Shown in pieces: positions 1 through 12,875 of a stretch of DNA of 59,626 bases. The DNA is taken from the NCBI RefSeq assembly GCF_004010195.1, contig NC_057755.1:9589306-9648931 (forward strand), read 5' to 3'. The notes beneath the pieces are model-generated. The model saw only the letters and a list, made by a program, of their open reading frames with translations, was not told the origin of the DNA and did no database searches. Position 1 is the first letter of the stretch, and every line of letters begins with the position of its first letter. Position numbers and translations under genes: made by a program. Source of the DNA: Chiloscyllium plagiosum. Lineage: Eukaryota.

Positions 1-262
1 CAACAGATGCACCTTTCTCTCACGAGTAGAAATGAAGTAACTTTACAGAACGAAGATGATCAGCACATGCCCAGAGGAACAGGGAAATGTCATTATTCTC
101 ATTTATTGTGTTGGCGTTCTTTCTTTCTCTCCATTAAAAGAGATGGATTTTTGATCATGAAGTGACTCATTTTATGAGGAAAGTTTAGTGAAGTGAATGT
201 AAGGATTGCTGGATCTCTCATGAACCTATTGAATGGTAACCCAGACCTGATGAGGCAAATGG

Positions 263-311
263 AGAAAGATGCTGCCTGACCTGCTGTGCTGTTCCAGCAA
301 TAAAGTTTCAA
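263..311. mobile_element. 49-bp remnant of a Penelope-like terminal repeat mini-element with a 16-bp target-site duplication
   Basis: ctgatgaggcaaatgg occurs at 247-262 and 312-327. The insert agaaag+atgctgcctgacctgctgtgctgttccagcaa matches the two outer ends of the element at 21450-21669. Confidence 0.75.
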
Positions 312-359
312 CTGATGAGGCAAATGGCCTACTCTTATTCCTATTTCAAAGAACAAAGA

Positions 360-1065
360 ACACCACAGCGTGGGGCCAGACCTTGCAGACCTGCAAGCCT
401 GCGCTGACACGTTTTGGTGTTCCATAATAAATCTCTCCTCACTTACAGAATCCATATCCCTGTCTTCTCTTCCCATTCATGTTTTCGTACAAGTGCTTCT
501 TAAATGCTGTTGTAATGCCTGCTTCACAATCTCCTCTGGCAGCACATTCCATGCACTCAAACATCCCTTGAGTGAAAAAATAAGCGTGGCTCTCACATCT
601 CGTTTAAACATCCCCCATCCGTCCGCTGCTTCGCACCTAAAGCCAATCACCCCGAGTAATTGGTCCTGTGAAAAAGCCTTAAATTTTCTACTCTAATCAT
701 GCCATTCACTATCTGAGAAACTTATATCATTTTGTCCCTCATTCTCCTGTGTTACTGGGAAAAGAAACAGAGTCGGTTCAACCTTTCTTCATAGTTAAAG
801 TCCGCCCTACCAGGCAATGTCCTGAGCCACCTTTTAAGCACCTCTGCAAAGTATCCACCTCTTTCTGAGTAGTGTGGTAGCAGACTCGTACAACGTATTC
901 CAAGTGTGACCTAAATATAGTTTTATAAAGCTGCACCATAACCTACTTATCTTTATATTAAATGCCACTAGGAATGAAGACAAGTGTGCCACATACCTTT
1001 TTTAAAAAAATAACTTATCTACTTGAGCTGCCCTCTGCAGTGATCTGTAGACTCCCATGCCCTGT
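360..1065 (-). mobile_element. Degenerate CR1 LINE 3' fragment
   Basis: Resembles the other minus-strand CR1 3' ends in the window (cctctggcagcacattccatgc; tattccaagtgtgacc). Confidence 0.55.
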
Positions 1066-1669
1066 ATCAATACAAAACAGTCCGTTGGTCTCACATAAAA
1101 AATGCTCTGGATGAGAAATTTGCATCTTTTTTAATTTTGGTGAATTATGTGACTAAGAAAATAAACTACGTTTTTAGTTTAAACTACAAGATTTAAACCA
1201 CAAGACGAGTGTATGTGTGTGGGGGGTGTGGGCGGGTGGGGGGTGAGTATTATGTACATATGGAGAAATATATGCTTTCATTTAACTTTTCATCAGTAAA
1301 CAGTGTGTATTGTCGCCTGAGTGCACTGATCATGGAGATGTCAATCTGGCAGACATGGTAACAACATTAGATTAAATGCTTGGTTTGTGAAGGAGGGGCA
1401 GGACACAGTTGCCACAGTTTAGATTTTGGCGATGCTGTGAGGGAAGGAAGTGATGCATAAGACAGCAATTTAGCCAAGCTGCATTTTAGTAAAATAGAGA
1501 TGCGAAACTGGATATCTTCGTCCAGACATTAGCTTAATACAGAATTAGTTATGCATTCATATTTCCTGATCCATTGACCATTCATCAGAAAACAGCAGTG
1601 AATGGCATTAAGATTAGAGAAACATAATGAAAGTAAGATGATTGCAGACATGAAGGACAGGAGGATATA

Positions 1670-3575
1670 ATAGATTCAATTGGGGCGATTGAGAGTTATA
1701 AGGTAGCCAGGAAGGATCTGAAGAGAGAGCTAAGAGCAGCAAGGAGGGGACATGAAAAGTCATTAGTTGGTAGGATTAGGGAAAACCCTAAGGCTTTCTA
1801 TAGGTATTTCAGGAATAAAAGAATGACGAGGGTAGGAATAGGTCCAGTCAAGGATAGTAGTGGGAAGTTGCGTGTGGAGGCTGAAGAGATTGGGGAGACA
1901 CTGAATGAATACTTTTCGTCAGTATTCACTCAGGAACAGGGCATTGTTGCCGATGTGAATATTGAATCACAATTAATTAGAATGGACGGCTTTGAAGTAT
2001 GTAGGGAAGAAGTGTTGGAAACTCTGGAAAGGGTGAAAATAGATAAGTCCCGTGGGCCTGATGGCATTTATCCTAGGATTCTCTGGGAAGCAAGGGAGGA
2101 GATTGCAGAGCCATTCGCCTTGATTTTTATGTCCTCGTTGTCTACAGGAATAGTGCCAGTAGACTGGGGGGTAGCAAATGTGGTTACCTTGTTCAAGAAG
2201 GGGAGTAGGGATAACCCTAGTAACTATAGGCCGGTGAGTCTCACTTCTGTTGTGGGCAAAATCTTAGAGAGAATTGTAAGGGATAGGATTTATGCACATC
2301 TGGATAGGAATAATGTGAACAAGGATAGTCAGCATGGTTTTGTGAAGGGCAGGTCGTGCCTCACAAACCTTATTGAATTCTTTGAAAAGGTGACGAAGGA
2401 GGTTGATGAGGGGAAAGCGGTAGATGTGGTATATATGGATTTTAGTAAGGCGTTTGATAAGGTTCCCCATGGTAGGCTACTGCAGAAAATACGGGGATAT
2501 GGCATTGAGGGTGAGTTGGAGGTTTGGATTAGGAATTGGCTGGATGGAAGAAGACAGAGGGTAGTAGTTGATGGCAAAGTTTCTTCATGGAGTGCCGTCA
2601 CTAGCGGTGTTCCGCAAGGATCTGTTTTGGGACCATTGCTGTTTGTCATTTTTATAAATGACTTGGAGGAGGGGCTAGAAGGTTGGGTGAGCAAGTTTGG
2701 GATGATACGAAAGTCGGTGGAGTTGTTGACAGTGAGGAAGGATGTGTCAGGTTACAGCGGGATATTGATAAGTTGCAGACCTGGGCCGAAAGGTGGCAAA
2801 TGGAGTTCAATGTAGGTAAGTGTGAGGTGATTCACTTTGGTAAGAGTAACAAAAAGACGGGGTACTGGGCTAATGGTCGGATACTTGGTAGTGTGGATGA
2901 GCAGAGGGATCTTGGTGTCCATGTACACAGATCTCTGAAAGTTGCCACCCAGGTAAATAGTGCGGTGAAGAAGGCATATGGCGTACTTGCTTTTATTGGT
3001 AGAGGAACTGAGTTATGGAGCCCTGAGGTCATGTTGCAGTTGTATAAAACTCTGGTGCGGCCGCATCTGGAGTATTGTGTGCAGTTTTGATCGCCATACT
3101 ATAAGAAGGATGTGGAGGCACTGGAACTGGTGCAGAAGAGGTTTACCAGGATGTTGCCAGGTATGGTAGGAAGATCGTATGAGGAAAGGCTGAGGCACTT
3201 GGGGCAGTTTTCATTGGAAAACAGAAGGTTTAGGGGTGACTTGATAGAGGTGTACAAGATGATTAGGGGTTTAGATAGGGTTGACCATGAGAACCTTTTT
3301 CCACGTATGGAGTCAGCTATTACGAGGGGGCATAGCTTTAAATTAAGGGGTGGTAGGTATAAGACAGATGTTAGGGGTAGATTCTTTACTCAGCGAGTCG
3401 TGACTTAATGGAATGCCCTGTCAGTAGCGGTGGTGGACTCTCCCTCTTTATCAGCATTTAAACGGGCATTGCATGATAGTGGGCTAGTTTAGGTTAGGTG
3501 GGCTTGGATCGGCGCAACATCGAGGGCCAAAAGGCCTGTACTGCGCTGTATTTTTCTATGTACTATGTTCTATGT
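1670..3575 (+). mobile_element. 5'-truncated, relatively young CR1 LINE (ORF2 reverse transcriptase plus 3' tail)
   Basis: ORFs 1823-2815, 2683-3090 and 3112-3408 carry [37 protein letters not shown], (A)DDTK and VRPHLEYCVQF. There is one frameshift at the FADD motif, two stops, and a tctatgt-type tail. Confidence 0.95.
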
Positions 3576-3579
3576 ATTC

Positions 3580-5180
3580 ACAGTGATGTTCAGCACGGAA
3601 ACGGACCCTTTGGCCGAACTCGTTCATGCTGACCAGATATCCTAACATAACCTATATGCATTTGCTAGCATTTGGTTAATATCCACCTTAAATCTTTCTA
3701 TTCATATACCCATCTACATGCCTTTTAAATGCTCCAAATATACCAGCTTCCGCCACTTCCTCTGGCAGTGCATTCCATGCACGCATCATCGTCTGTGAGA
3801 AAATTTGCCCCTTAGGCCCCTTTTATATATTTCCATTGTTACTCTAAACCTATGTCTTTTCGGTCTCGACTCCCCACCCCAGGGAAACGCCTTGCTAATT
3901 GATCAAATCCTTGTCCCTCATGAATTCATAAACATTAATAAGGTCATCCCTCAGCCTCCGAATTTCCAGGGAAAAAAGTCACAGCCTATTTAGCCTCTCC
4001 AAAAGCTCAAATTCTGCAACATCCTTGCAACTCTTTTCTGAACTCGGACAAGTCTCATAGCTTCTGGATTGCACGCAATATTCCAAAGGTGGCCTCACCA
4101 ATGCCCTGTATAACCACAATATGACCTGACAACTTCTATATTTATTGCTCTGACAAAAAAGAAGCATACCCAAAGCCTTTTTCACCATCCTACCGATCTG
4201 CAACTCTACTTCCAAGGAATATGACCCTGCACTCCAAAGTCTCTTTGTTCAGCAACACTCCCAAGGACCTTAGCATTGTGTGGGCAAGTTCTACTCTGTT
4301 TTGATTTTCCAGAATGCAAAACCATGTAATTATCTAAATTAATCTCCATCTGCCACTCCTCAGCCCATTTGCCCTTCTGATCAGGATCTTGTCGTACTGT
4401 GAGGAAACCTTCTTCCATGTCCACTGCACCGCCAATTTTGGTGTAATCTGCAAACTTACTAATTATGCCTCCTATGTTCACACCCTAATCATTGATATAA
4501 ATGTCAAAAATCGGCGGGAGTGCGCCAAGCACCAATCCTTTTGGCATACCACGGGTAGTAGCCCTCCATTCTGAAAAGCAACCCTCGAACACTGCCCTCT
4601 ATATTCTACCTTCCAGCTCGTTCTGAAGCCAGATGGCTACTTCTCCCTGCATTCCATGTGATATAACCTTGCTAACCGATCTTCCAAGAGGAACCTTGTG
4701 AAACGCTTTAACTAAGTCCACATAGATCACATATACTGCTCTGCCTTCATTAATCTTAAACAAAAACTCAGTCAATTTCCATGAGAAATGATTTCCCATG
4801 CAGAAAGCCAAGCAGCCTATCCCTAATCCGTCCTTGCCTTTCCAAATAAATGCAAATCCTGTTCCTCCAAATTCCCCCGAACAACCTGCCCACCATCGAT
4901 GTCAGGCTCTCTTGTCTATAGTTCCATGACTTTTCCTTTGTCGTTATTAAATAGTGGGATAATGTTATGCAATCTCCAGTCTGCCACCACGCCACATATG
5001 ATTTCCGATGGTCCAAATATCTTAGCAAAGAGCCCAACAATCACTTTCTTACCTTCCCAAAGAGTTCTAGGTTACGCCTGATCAAGTCCAGACAATTTGT
5101 TCTTTTGTGTGCGTTTGAAGACATCCAACAACTCCTCCGCTGTTATACGGGTATTTTTCACGATCTCACCAGCTATTTCC
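3580..5180 (-). mobile_element. Degenerate CR1 LINE ORF2/3' fragment
   Basis: Minus-strand ORF pieces ISKFADYTKIGG, LVRPPLEYCVQS and DLVKAFHKVP. Confidence 0.9.
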
Positions 5181-5319
5181 CTACTCGGATTTTTAATTGT
5201 GTAATCGTAAGGCAGAGATTTTACATGGTTGCAGTGTGTGCTTTCTCGAGTATGAACAGGCGCGAAACGTGTGCTTTTGTTCAATTTCCCATTCGCAGCA
5301 ATGTGCATTATCTTCAAGA

Positions 5320-5650
5320 TACACGCCGAAATTCAACAACGCTCCTCAGACAGCACCTTCCTCAACGACAACCACTTCTATCTAGAAGGTTAAGGGCAAA
5401 AAAAACTTTGGAACACATTCATCTGCAAGTTCCCCTCCGTGCCACTCAGCACCAGAACTTGGAGCTATATCGCTGCCCTGTCCCTGTTGCTGCATCAAAA
5501 TTCAGAACTTCCCTCCCTGAGAACATTGTGGATTTACCGACAGTACATGGACATAATGGTTTCAGAAAGCAGCTCGCCACCACGTTCTCAAGAGGTAACT
5601 GCAGTTTGGCAATGCATGTTGGTGCAATCAGTAATGCTGATGTCCAACGA
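5320..5650 (+). repeat. Interspersed LINE-tail/SINE-like repeat; related copies at about 12130-12330 and 53800-54120
   Basis: The three loci share caagttcccctc...cac, tcaaaa(t)tc...aactccct and cattgtgg. Confidence 0.5.
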
Positions 5651-6204
5651 GTGATCACAATATGGTAGAAATTTGCTTGCATGATCTTCAGAAAGAAATG
5701 GAAAGAGGAGCTTTTGAGATAAAAGTCTTACATTTCGAAAGTGCTATTTCCGCATTTGTAAAATGAAATGTAGAGAAAGGAACACAGTTAAATCTAACTC
5801 TGGTTCGTACTCAGGAATGGGACTTGAAATGTAATGGATGCGGCTTAGCGACGTACTGATAGCAGTATTGAAGCGCCCAACTAAAGGGAAAAAATAACAG
5901 AGCATTGTCTTATGAGGTTGAGGGCGAGTGCTTGGCTTTTAAGAGAGAGTGAATGTTATTCTGAACTGAGACGAAAAGCATCCATGTGATATGACCAGAT
6001 AGCAGTCTCAGATTACAATCGAAAATGGAAAATATGCAACATTTATCTGTGAAATGGAAAGCTGAGATGCTTGCTGGTTTGACAACAATTCGAATTTTAC
6101 CAGAGAAGACCACATTCAGTGCTACTGATACATTAATGACATTGGTGGAGTTACACTTAAATTTGATTGGATATGGAAAGATCCTTTGTGGCCTTGGACT
6201 GAGC

Positions 6205-7170
6205 TTAGAGGATTTGTGTGTTCGCAGGTTTTGTGCTGTCAGGACAGGTCCTGGGAGTGGGGTGTGGGCTGGAGGGAGGCATGAACCTGACGAGATTATC
6301 GTGGATAATCTCGGGAACGCTGACAGGGGTGGGGAGGGAAATGTATCTCAGGTAGTGAAGTCCTTTCGTAGGTAGTGCAAGTGGTGGAGGATGATGTAAC
6401 ATATGCGGAGGTTGGTGGACTGGAAGGTGTGGACCAGGGGGTGTTCTGATCTTGTAGCATTGAGAATTCAAGAGAGGTAGGGCAGGAAGTGAAGGATATG
6501 TGCGGGAGGGTATAGTCAACCACGTGGGTAGGGAAATTCCGATCTTGGAACAAGGAGGCCATCTGGGATTCTCTAAGGTGGAATTAATCTTCCTGCGAAC
6601 AGAATCGGCAGAGGCAGATGATTTGGGAATCAGGGATGACGTTTTTTTACAGGTGGTAGGGTGGGGTGAGGTGCATCATAGGTAGCTGTGGGAGTCGGTG
6701 GGCTTGTATTAGATGCCTGTGGTTAGTCCGTCACCAGTGATGGAGATGGAAAGGCCCAGGAAGGGGAGGGAGATGTTCAAATTGGAGAACGAGAATTTTA
6801 GATCGGACTGAAAGATTGGGTGAAGTTGATGTACTGTTGGATTTCCTCGTAGGCACACGGGGTAACAATGGTACATTCATCGATGTAGAGGATAAACCGT
6901 GGTGGGTGGTGCCGGTGTAACTGCAGAAGATCGACTGTTCCACGTCCCAACAAAAGGTCACGCCGAGCTGTGTTCCATCCGAATGACAATGACGACTACT
7001 TTAGCTTGAAGTAAGTGGGAGGATTGGAAGAAATGGTTGTTCAGGGTGAGGACCAGTTTGGCCGGGCGCATGAGGGTGTAAGTGGAAGAGTACTGTTTGA
7101 GAAGTCGTCAGAGGGAGAAACAGAGAACTTGGTGGACCTGGTCCTTGCGGATGGATGTATATTCGCAGTC
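6205..7170 (-). mobile_element. Penelope-like element RT fragment
   Basis: Minus-strand PPRFILYIDEC...EEIQQYINFT and MASLFQDRNFPTHVV are homologous to the RT at 48821-49606. Confidence 0.85.
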
Positions 7171-7174
7171 CTCT

Positions 7175-8378
7175 GCAAACTTTACTCTGCCAATCTTCTT
7201 AGTTTTATCTGCAATCCTTGACACCCTAAACGTTGTCTCCAAATCCAAATTGTATCTATAAATTGCGAATAATTGCAGTCCCAACAACAACTTATCCCTG
7301 AGGCACGTCTCTACTCAGCAATTGCCAGCCACAATAGCGCTCACCTAGCCCCATTATTTGTTTCCTGTTAGTCAGCTAATCCTCTATAAATGATAATATA
7401 TTATCCCTCACGCCATGCATGCTTATCCTATGCAGCAGCCTTGTGCGGCAACATGTCAAAGGCCTTTTGGAAATCTAGTGGATTCCTATTATCCAACTTG
7501 CTAATAGTGCCTTCATAGAATTCCAAAATATTTGTCAAGCCTGACCAACCCTTCATGAACCCATGCTGTGTCTGCCCAATGGGACAATTTCTATCTAGAA
7601 TGCATTTTAATTCTTCCTTGATAATAGAGTAAATCATCTTCAAACATTCAGAGGTTAAGCTAACCGGTCTGTAATTCTCCAGCTTTTGCAGTTTTCCAAT
7701 CTGCTGGTACTGACCGAGAATCCAACGAAATTTGGAAAATTACCGTCAGTGCACGAGTTATTTCTCCACCCATATTTTAGTACACTGTGATGCATTCCAT
7801 CAGGGTCAGAAGACTTATCAATTCTTAGTTCTCCTGCCTTGCCCATCAATGCATTATCCGTAATAATGATTGCTTACAAGTTCTGATCGACTTTCGTCTC
7901 TGTCAATTATAGAACATAGAACAGTACAGGCACTTCTGCTCTCGATGTTGAAACTACCTGCTGATCCAATCTGAAACCTATCTGTACTACACTATTCCAT
8001 TTTCATCCACATGATTAATCAATGATCATTTGAATGCCCATACAGTTGGCAAGTCTGCCACTGTTCAGGCAGTGCTCTCCACGCCCCTACTGCTGTCTGC
8101 GTAAAGTAATAGCATCTGACATGACATCTGGCCTATATCTATCATCCCTCCATTTAAAGTTATGTCCCTTCTTGTCAGCCATCACCATCCGAGTCAAAAG
8201 GCTTTCATGGTCCATCGAATCTAACTCTCTTAGTTTTTCCTATGTCTCAATTCATTAAAACTCTCAACCGTCTTCTTTCTAACGAAAACAGCCAAAAGCT
8301 CCTCAGTCTTTCGTATAAGACCTTCTCTCCATAGCAGTCAACATCCTAGTCAATTTTCTCTGAACGCTTCCCAAAGCT
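7175..8378 (-). mobile_element. CR1 LINE fragments (RT piece 7175-7905; separate 3' end 7910-8378)
   Basis: QHGFMKG...DFQKAFD in ORF 7428-7643; tagaacatagaac tail at about 7910. Confidence 0.8.
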
Positions 8379-8379
8379 G

Positions 8380-9630
8380 TAGAATGACGTTGGATGAGGG
8401 CGTGTAGCAAACTCTGAATGACTGGATCCAAAGTCCTGATCAATCTGTTTATTTCACGACGGCTACGCTCTTTGGTCGAATCAGCCAGTTGTTGCCTGTA
8501 TTTTTTCCTCGTTGTTCAGTTGTTTGTACTCTTCCAGGTAGTAATCTGTTCCATTCTGAATTACGATTGCTCCTCGGTTACCTGCTGGTTTGATGACTAC
8601 GTTGTGTTTTGTTTTGAGAGCATGGATGGCTTTGCCTTGTGATCGGGTGATGTTTTACTCCATCTTGTGAGTGTGGCCGATGAATCTAGCATTTATATAT
8701 AACCTGACGGTTTAAGCATAAATGTCAAGCGGAGGGCAGCAGCCCTCCGGTGGAGTCCACGTTGATCCCTCCTTTGGTTGCCTATGTTCTGATCCCTGTG
8801 ATGATTGCTCTGGTTCCGCAGTGGGCTCATTGGCATCACTGCTGGCATCTTGAATGAATTTCCGGAGCCTAATTCGTCTGATAAATTTCTTTGTGTCTGC
8901 AGCAAGACCCATGGAACCATTTTTGTGGTGAAGCAGAAATTGTGACCCCTGCTAAGAACTACAATCCCTTCTGGTTAGTGGGTGTGGTCCAATAATTTGG
9001 CAATCAATTTCCCGTGGTAATAACATTTTCCACTTTGCTGCCAGAGCGGGCATGGCTACTGCTGGTGGTGATGCCACGTTTATTCAGTTTCTTGCCCACG
9101 GAGTTCATGCACATCGTGTACTTTTGTCATTTTGCCTGTTTGCCAATATCCCATAAGTATAGTGCTTATCATGAGTGAAGGCTGAGAGTGTGGACTCCAT
9201 CTGAATTTCAAGGTTGCGGCAGTAGAATTGGCGCACAAGACGATTGAGGAGTTTAGGAAAGGTGCAATGGCAAAGTCTTTCCATGTAGTCTGTGTTGTTG
9301 GTCGACTTGAGTGGGTTCGTGATCGGTCATCCTTCTGGCATCTTTTCTGCTGTCCTGCATTTCTGTTGAACCTTGATGTCTGCGTCGATATGTGCGATAT
9401 TCTTGTAGATACTCTCCACTTTGATCCGACAGTTAGTGGTGTCAATGATAGCCAGAATTTGTAGTTGCCACTGTGTGACTCGGGTATACAAAGTTAACAA
9501 TCACACAACACCAAGAATAATCCAACAGGTTTATTTGGACGCTCTAGAATTCGGAGCACTGCTCCTTCTTCAGGTGGTAGTGGAGTATAGGATCGTAAGA
9601 CACAGAATTCATCGCAAAAGATTACCGTGA
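8380..9630 (-). mobile_element. 5' part of a second Penelope-like family (terminal repeat with degenerate hammerhead plus N-terminal ORF)
   Basis: The minus strand encodes KKFIRRIRLRKF, STWTPPEG and HNVVIKPAGNRGAIVIQN (equivalent to IKPADKGGA). 9485-9620 matches the arms of the 14183-14620 palindrome, including cctgaagaaggagcagtgctccgaat on the minus strand. Confidence 0.8.
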
Positions 9631-9649
9631 GAGCATATAACGATAATCG

Positions 9650-11766
9650 TAAAGACTGAATTGAACATTCAATATATTAAATTGGGTAATGAGGAAGTTG
9701 TCAAAAATTGTGATGAATTATTGAGTTCGCGTCCCGAGGAAAATCGAAATGACAGTATCCTAGTGATTACTGCCATACATTGACAAACGTGAAAATAAGC
9801 TGGGAAGGACTAACATAAATATATATGATGCAGTTACAGGAGATGCTGCTCCGATTAAGCAACATTCTTTTTGGCATAATCCTCTAAAGTTGGCACTGAT
9901 CCAGAAGGAGATTTAATGCATGTTACAAGTTCTCACAAGTGAGTGACAGTGACTGGAGCACACTCATAGTAATGACAAAAACAATCCAGATGGCACCCAA
10001 TACTGATGTGTGAGCTATCACCAAGTCAATGCAATTACAAAGATTGATGCATATCGGACTCCATGTTTGGAAGGCTGTGTTCAGAAGATGGGTCAAGCAA
10101 CTTGTATTTCTAACTTGGACTTCGGCAGAGGATAGTGGCAGGTACCTTATTCAGAAATAGCAAAGACAATATCGGATTTTGTAACGTCGAACAATCTGTA
10201 GGCAAAGCCATTCAAGGTGGCTATCAATGCAAGTGATGTGGATGTTAGTGTTGTGCTCTTGCAAGAAGATGAAGAGTTTATAGAAAGACCTATCGGGTAT
10301 TGCTCTTGGAAGGTGAGCATTCATCAGCAGAAATATTCGATTGTTGAGAAGGAGACTTTGAACTTGGTGTTGGCATTAAAATATGTCAGTGTTTATGTTG
10401 CCAGTAACGGATCTGAGACAATCATGCACAGTGATCACAACCCTTTCAAATTTGTGGAGAATCTTAAGGACAAAAAATACTAGGCTGTTTAGATGGAGTT
10501 TGTTGTTATAGCCATTTAATTTGAACATTGTGGATGTGGCAAGTTGAGAAGATGTGATTGTCAACGTATTGTTGAGACATGAATGAGATATGGAGGCGTT
10601 CGGTGGCAGGAGTGCAACAGACTGAAACGGAATGTAGTTATATATGCTTGCACGGCCATGTTCAATATAATCTATTTGTCTGTATAGCGTACCAACCATT
10701 TTTAAAGGCGTTTCAAAATGAAGCCATCTTTCGATGTTGATGCATCCATTTTTTAAGGGGGACGGGAGTAATGAATCAGCTCATTCAACATAGTTATACC
10801 GTCCCTGTTTATTTTATAGACATTTTGAATGACACAGAGTTGAGAAAGCCTGGGGTGTAGGTTTTAAGGGACAATTTGATAGTAACAAGAGATACTGCCT
10901 CAGACAGGCACTTTCACTTTGAAATGAAAGTGCGTGTGGCCAGTTCTCCTTTCTCACCTTTTTTCTGTTTTTTTTTTGCAAGAGTGTGACGGAAGGCGAC
11001 TGGACCCAAACTCTTTGATTCTGTTAGTGCTATCATGAGAACTTGTGTTTGATTTTACCTCTTCTGCCATGTTTTGTTTATGGGGATTTTTGTAAATATT
11101 TTAAACAGCGCCATTGACCTTGGATGATTCGTTCAGTTTTCAGGTATGTTAAGTAATTTGGTATTCTGTTTTCTGTTGTTTGTATTTCATTCAGTCAACT
11201 TGCAAAGACATTTTGTTTTGTTTAAAACTATTTGGTTTGGGCAGCTGATTATCTCCTGGAATGTTCACTGGACACCTCCATAAATCAACTTGCCAAGTTA
11301 GGGTCGGGGCGACATTTTAAAAATATTTTGAGGAGTCTGGTCCAGTCCATAACAGTACTCTCGATCAAGGCAACTTTTCATGTGAAACATAGTCGCAGTA
11401 AAAAGAAAGAAGGCGTTCAATGGAGGTCTTCAGCCAACAAAAGAGAGGCAGCAAAGAAACGAGCTGCTGTGTGCTTTTGAAATTAAGTTGACGTATTTTT
11501 AATAAGTTGCTATTGGATTTTTTTTGGAACAGCATATTTTTATCGAGTTGAAGCAAGATAATAAATAGTTAAGAGAAAGGATGGCTTAGAGGTGTGAATA
11601 ATTGTTGTTGTATTTTCACTTTTAGCGTTAAATTGATATTATTTTGGGTAAATAGTGAAATTCATGGAGTTCTCCGTCACTCATATTTTAACAGTTTACG
11701 AGGCGAGATGAACTTCTCTGGGTGTTTGGTTTAATTAACAGAATGTTTCACCATCGTGTCGTAACA
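9650..11766 (+). mobile_element. Degenerate Gypsy (Gmr1-type) LTR retrotransposon: RT N-terminus, RNase H, PPT and LTR sequence
   Basis: Broken frames read PIKQH, PDGT...YHQVNAITKIDAY and LDFGRG*WQVP. ORF 10217-10483 (NASDVDVSVVLLQE...YSIVEKETL...SDHNP) is RNase H. A purine tract at about 10755-10768 follows RNase H directly. LTR-like DNA ends in ...taaca at about 11354 and 11766. Confidence 0.8.
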
Positions 11767-11897
11767 ATCACAGGATATATGTGGTTGATATAAGTACTCA
11801 TAAATGATGCGATTACTTGGGAGCAGAAACAGTCTGATTTGTTTTTCTTCTTCTGCAAAGAACTCCAGGGAAATTTCTGAAAAAATGTGATCAGAAG

Positions 11898-11911
11898 CCA
11901 CTAGAGGGCAG
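11898..11911 (+). promoter_or_regulatory. CTCF-like core motif CCACTAGAGGGCAG
   Basis: Matches the vertebrate CTCF core consensus (CCAsyAGrkGGCrs); lies in one arm of an inverted duplication. Confidence 0.55.
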
Positions 11912-12861
11912 ACTAGCGTGAGCTTGACAGAAGCAGGAAACCAGACTTATTTCATACTGAAAAAGCAAGGAGGCTTCAGTCAGGCAGACATAATAATAAT
12001 ACTGAAAACAAAAATCATTGCAAAGAAGAAGCAGTTACCACGAGTTTATATTTTGATAAAGCAGACTGTATTGGGAAGATAATTTCCCATTATCATATCT
12101 ATCTACAAGATGCACTGCAGAAATTCACATTTTTTATTTCTGAAATGACATCTCCCAAACCCACATGTGACCACAGATGGAAGGACCATGGCTGCAGATA
12201 AAAAGGAATATCGCCCCCTGCGAATTCCCCTCAAGTCACGAACCATCCTGACTTGGAAATATGTCAGACTTCAGTATCTTTGGGTCAAAATTCTGCAACT
12301 CCCTTCTGAAGCATATTGTGTGTCTACCTATAGCACAAAACTATATGTAAATCAAATAAATAATACAATGATGAAAGCTACCTTAATTTGTGCATTTCAG
12401 TAGTGCTATCAGGAAGTGTGCTGTCTTTTCTTATCTTACGTTGAGGCAGATTCCTTTACATTTCTTACTGCTTAATTCTATCTCCTACCGTTTCCTCAAG
12501 CATATATTGTGGGTTTACAAGTGGATGAAGTGGTATTTGGACGCATAACGAATGTCATAATAATGTCCATTTGAAGATATCCCTATTTCAATCTGTTGTT
12601 ACATCCATATGCTCTTTGATTTAAATTACTATCTAGTGGAGTTTTTTTTTCTACTCATTTGCATTATGGTGTGCTTCACCAAGTTGTAAAATGTTGGTAA
12701 CTGCATTCAATATAAAGATATACAGGTACACCATCCGCTGCGAATTCTTGTCTTCAAATCTTCAATGCAAACACTCAATACAATTTTATTGTGATTTTTG
12801 CCAAACTCCAATCACACTGATCTTTCAGTGTGAAGTAAGTACAAGTCGAGTTTACAATAAT

Positions 12862-12875
12862 CTGCCCTATAGTGG
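12862..12875 (-). promoter_or_regulatory. CTCF-like motif CCACTATAGGGCAG (one mismatch), convergent with the motif at 11898
   Basis: Reverse complement of ctgccctatagtgg. Confidence 0.4.

Noticed and set aside
247..327. Two CTGATGAG motifs as possible hammerhead cores or C/D boxes
   Set aside because: No stem II followed by GAAA; they are the two copies of a target-site duplication.
4967..5668. 233-aa ORF
   Set aside because: It crosses the antisense of a CR1 and another repeat, with no recognisable domain.
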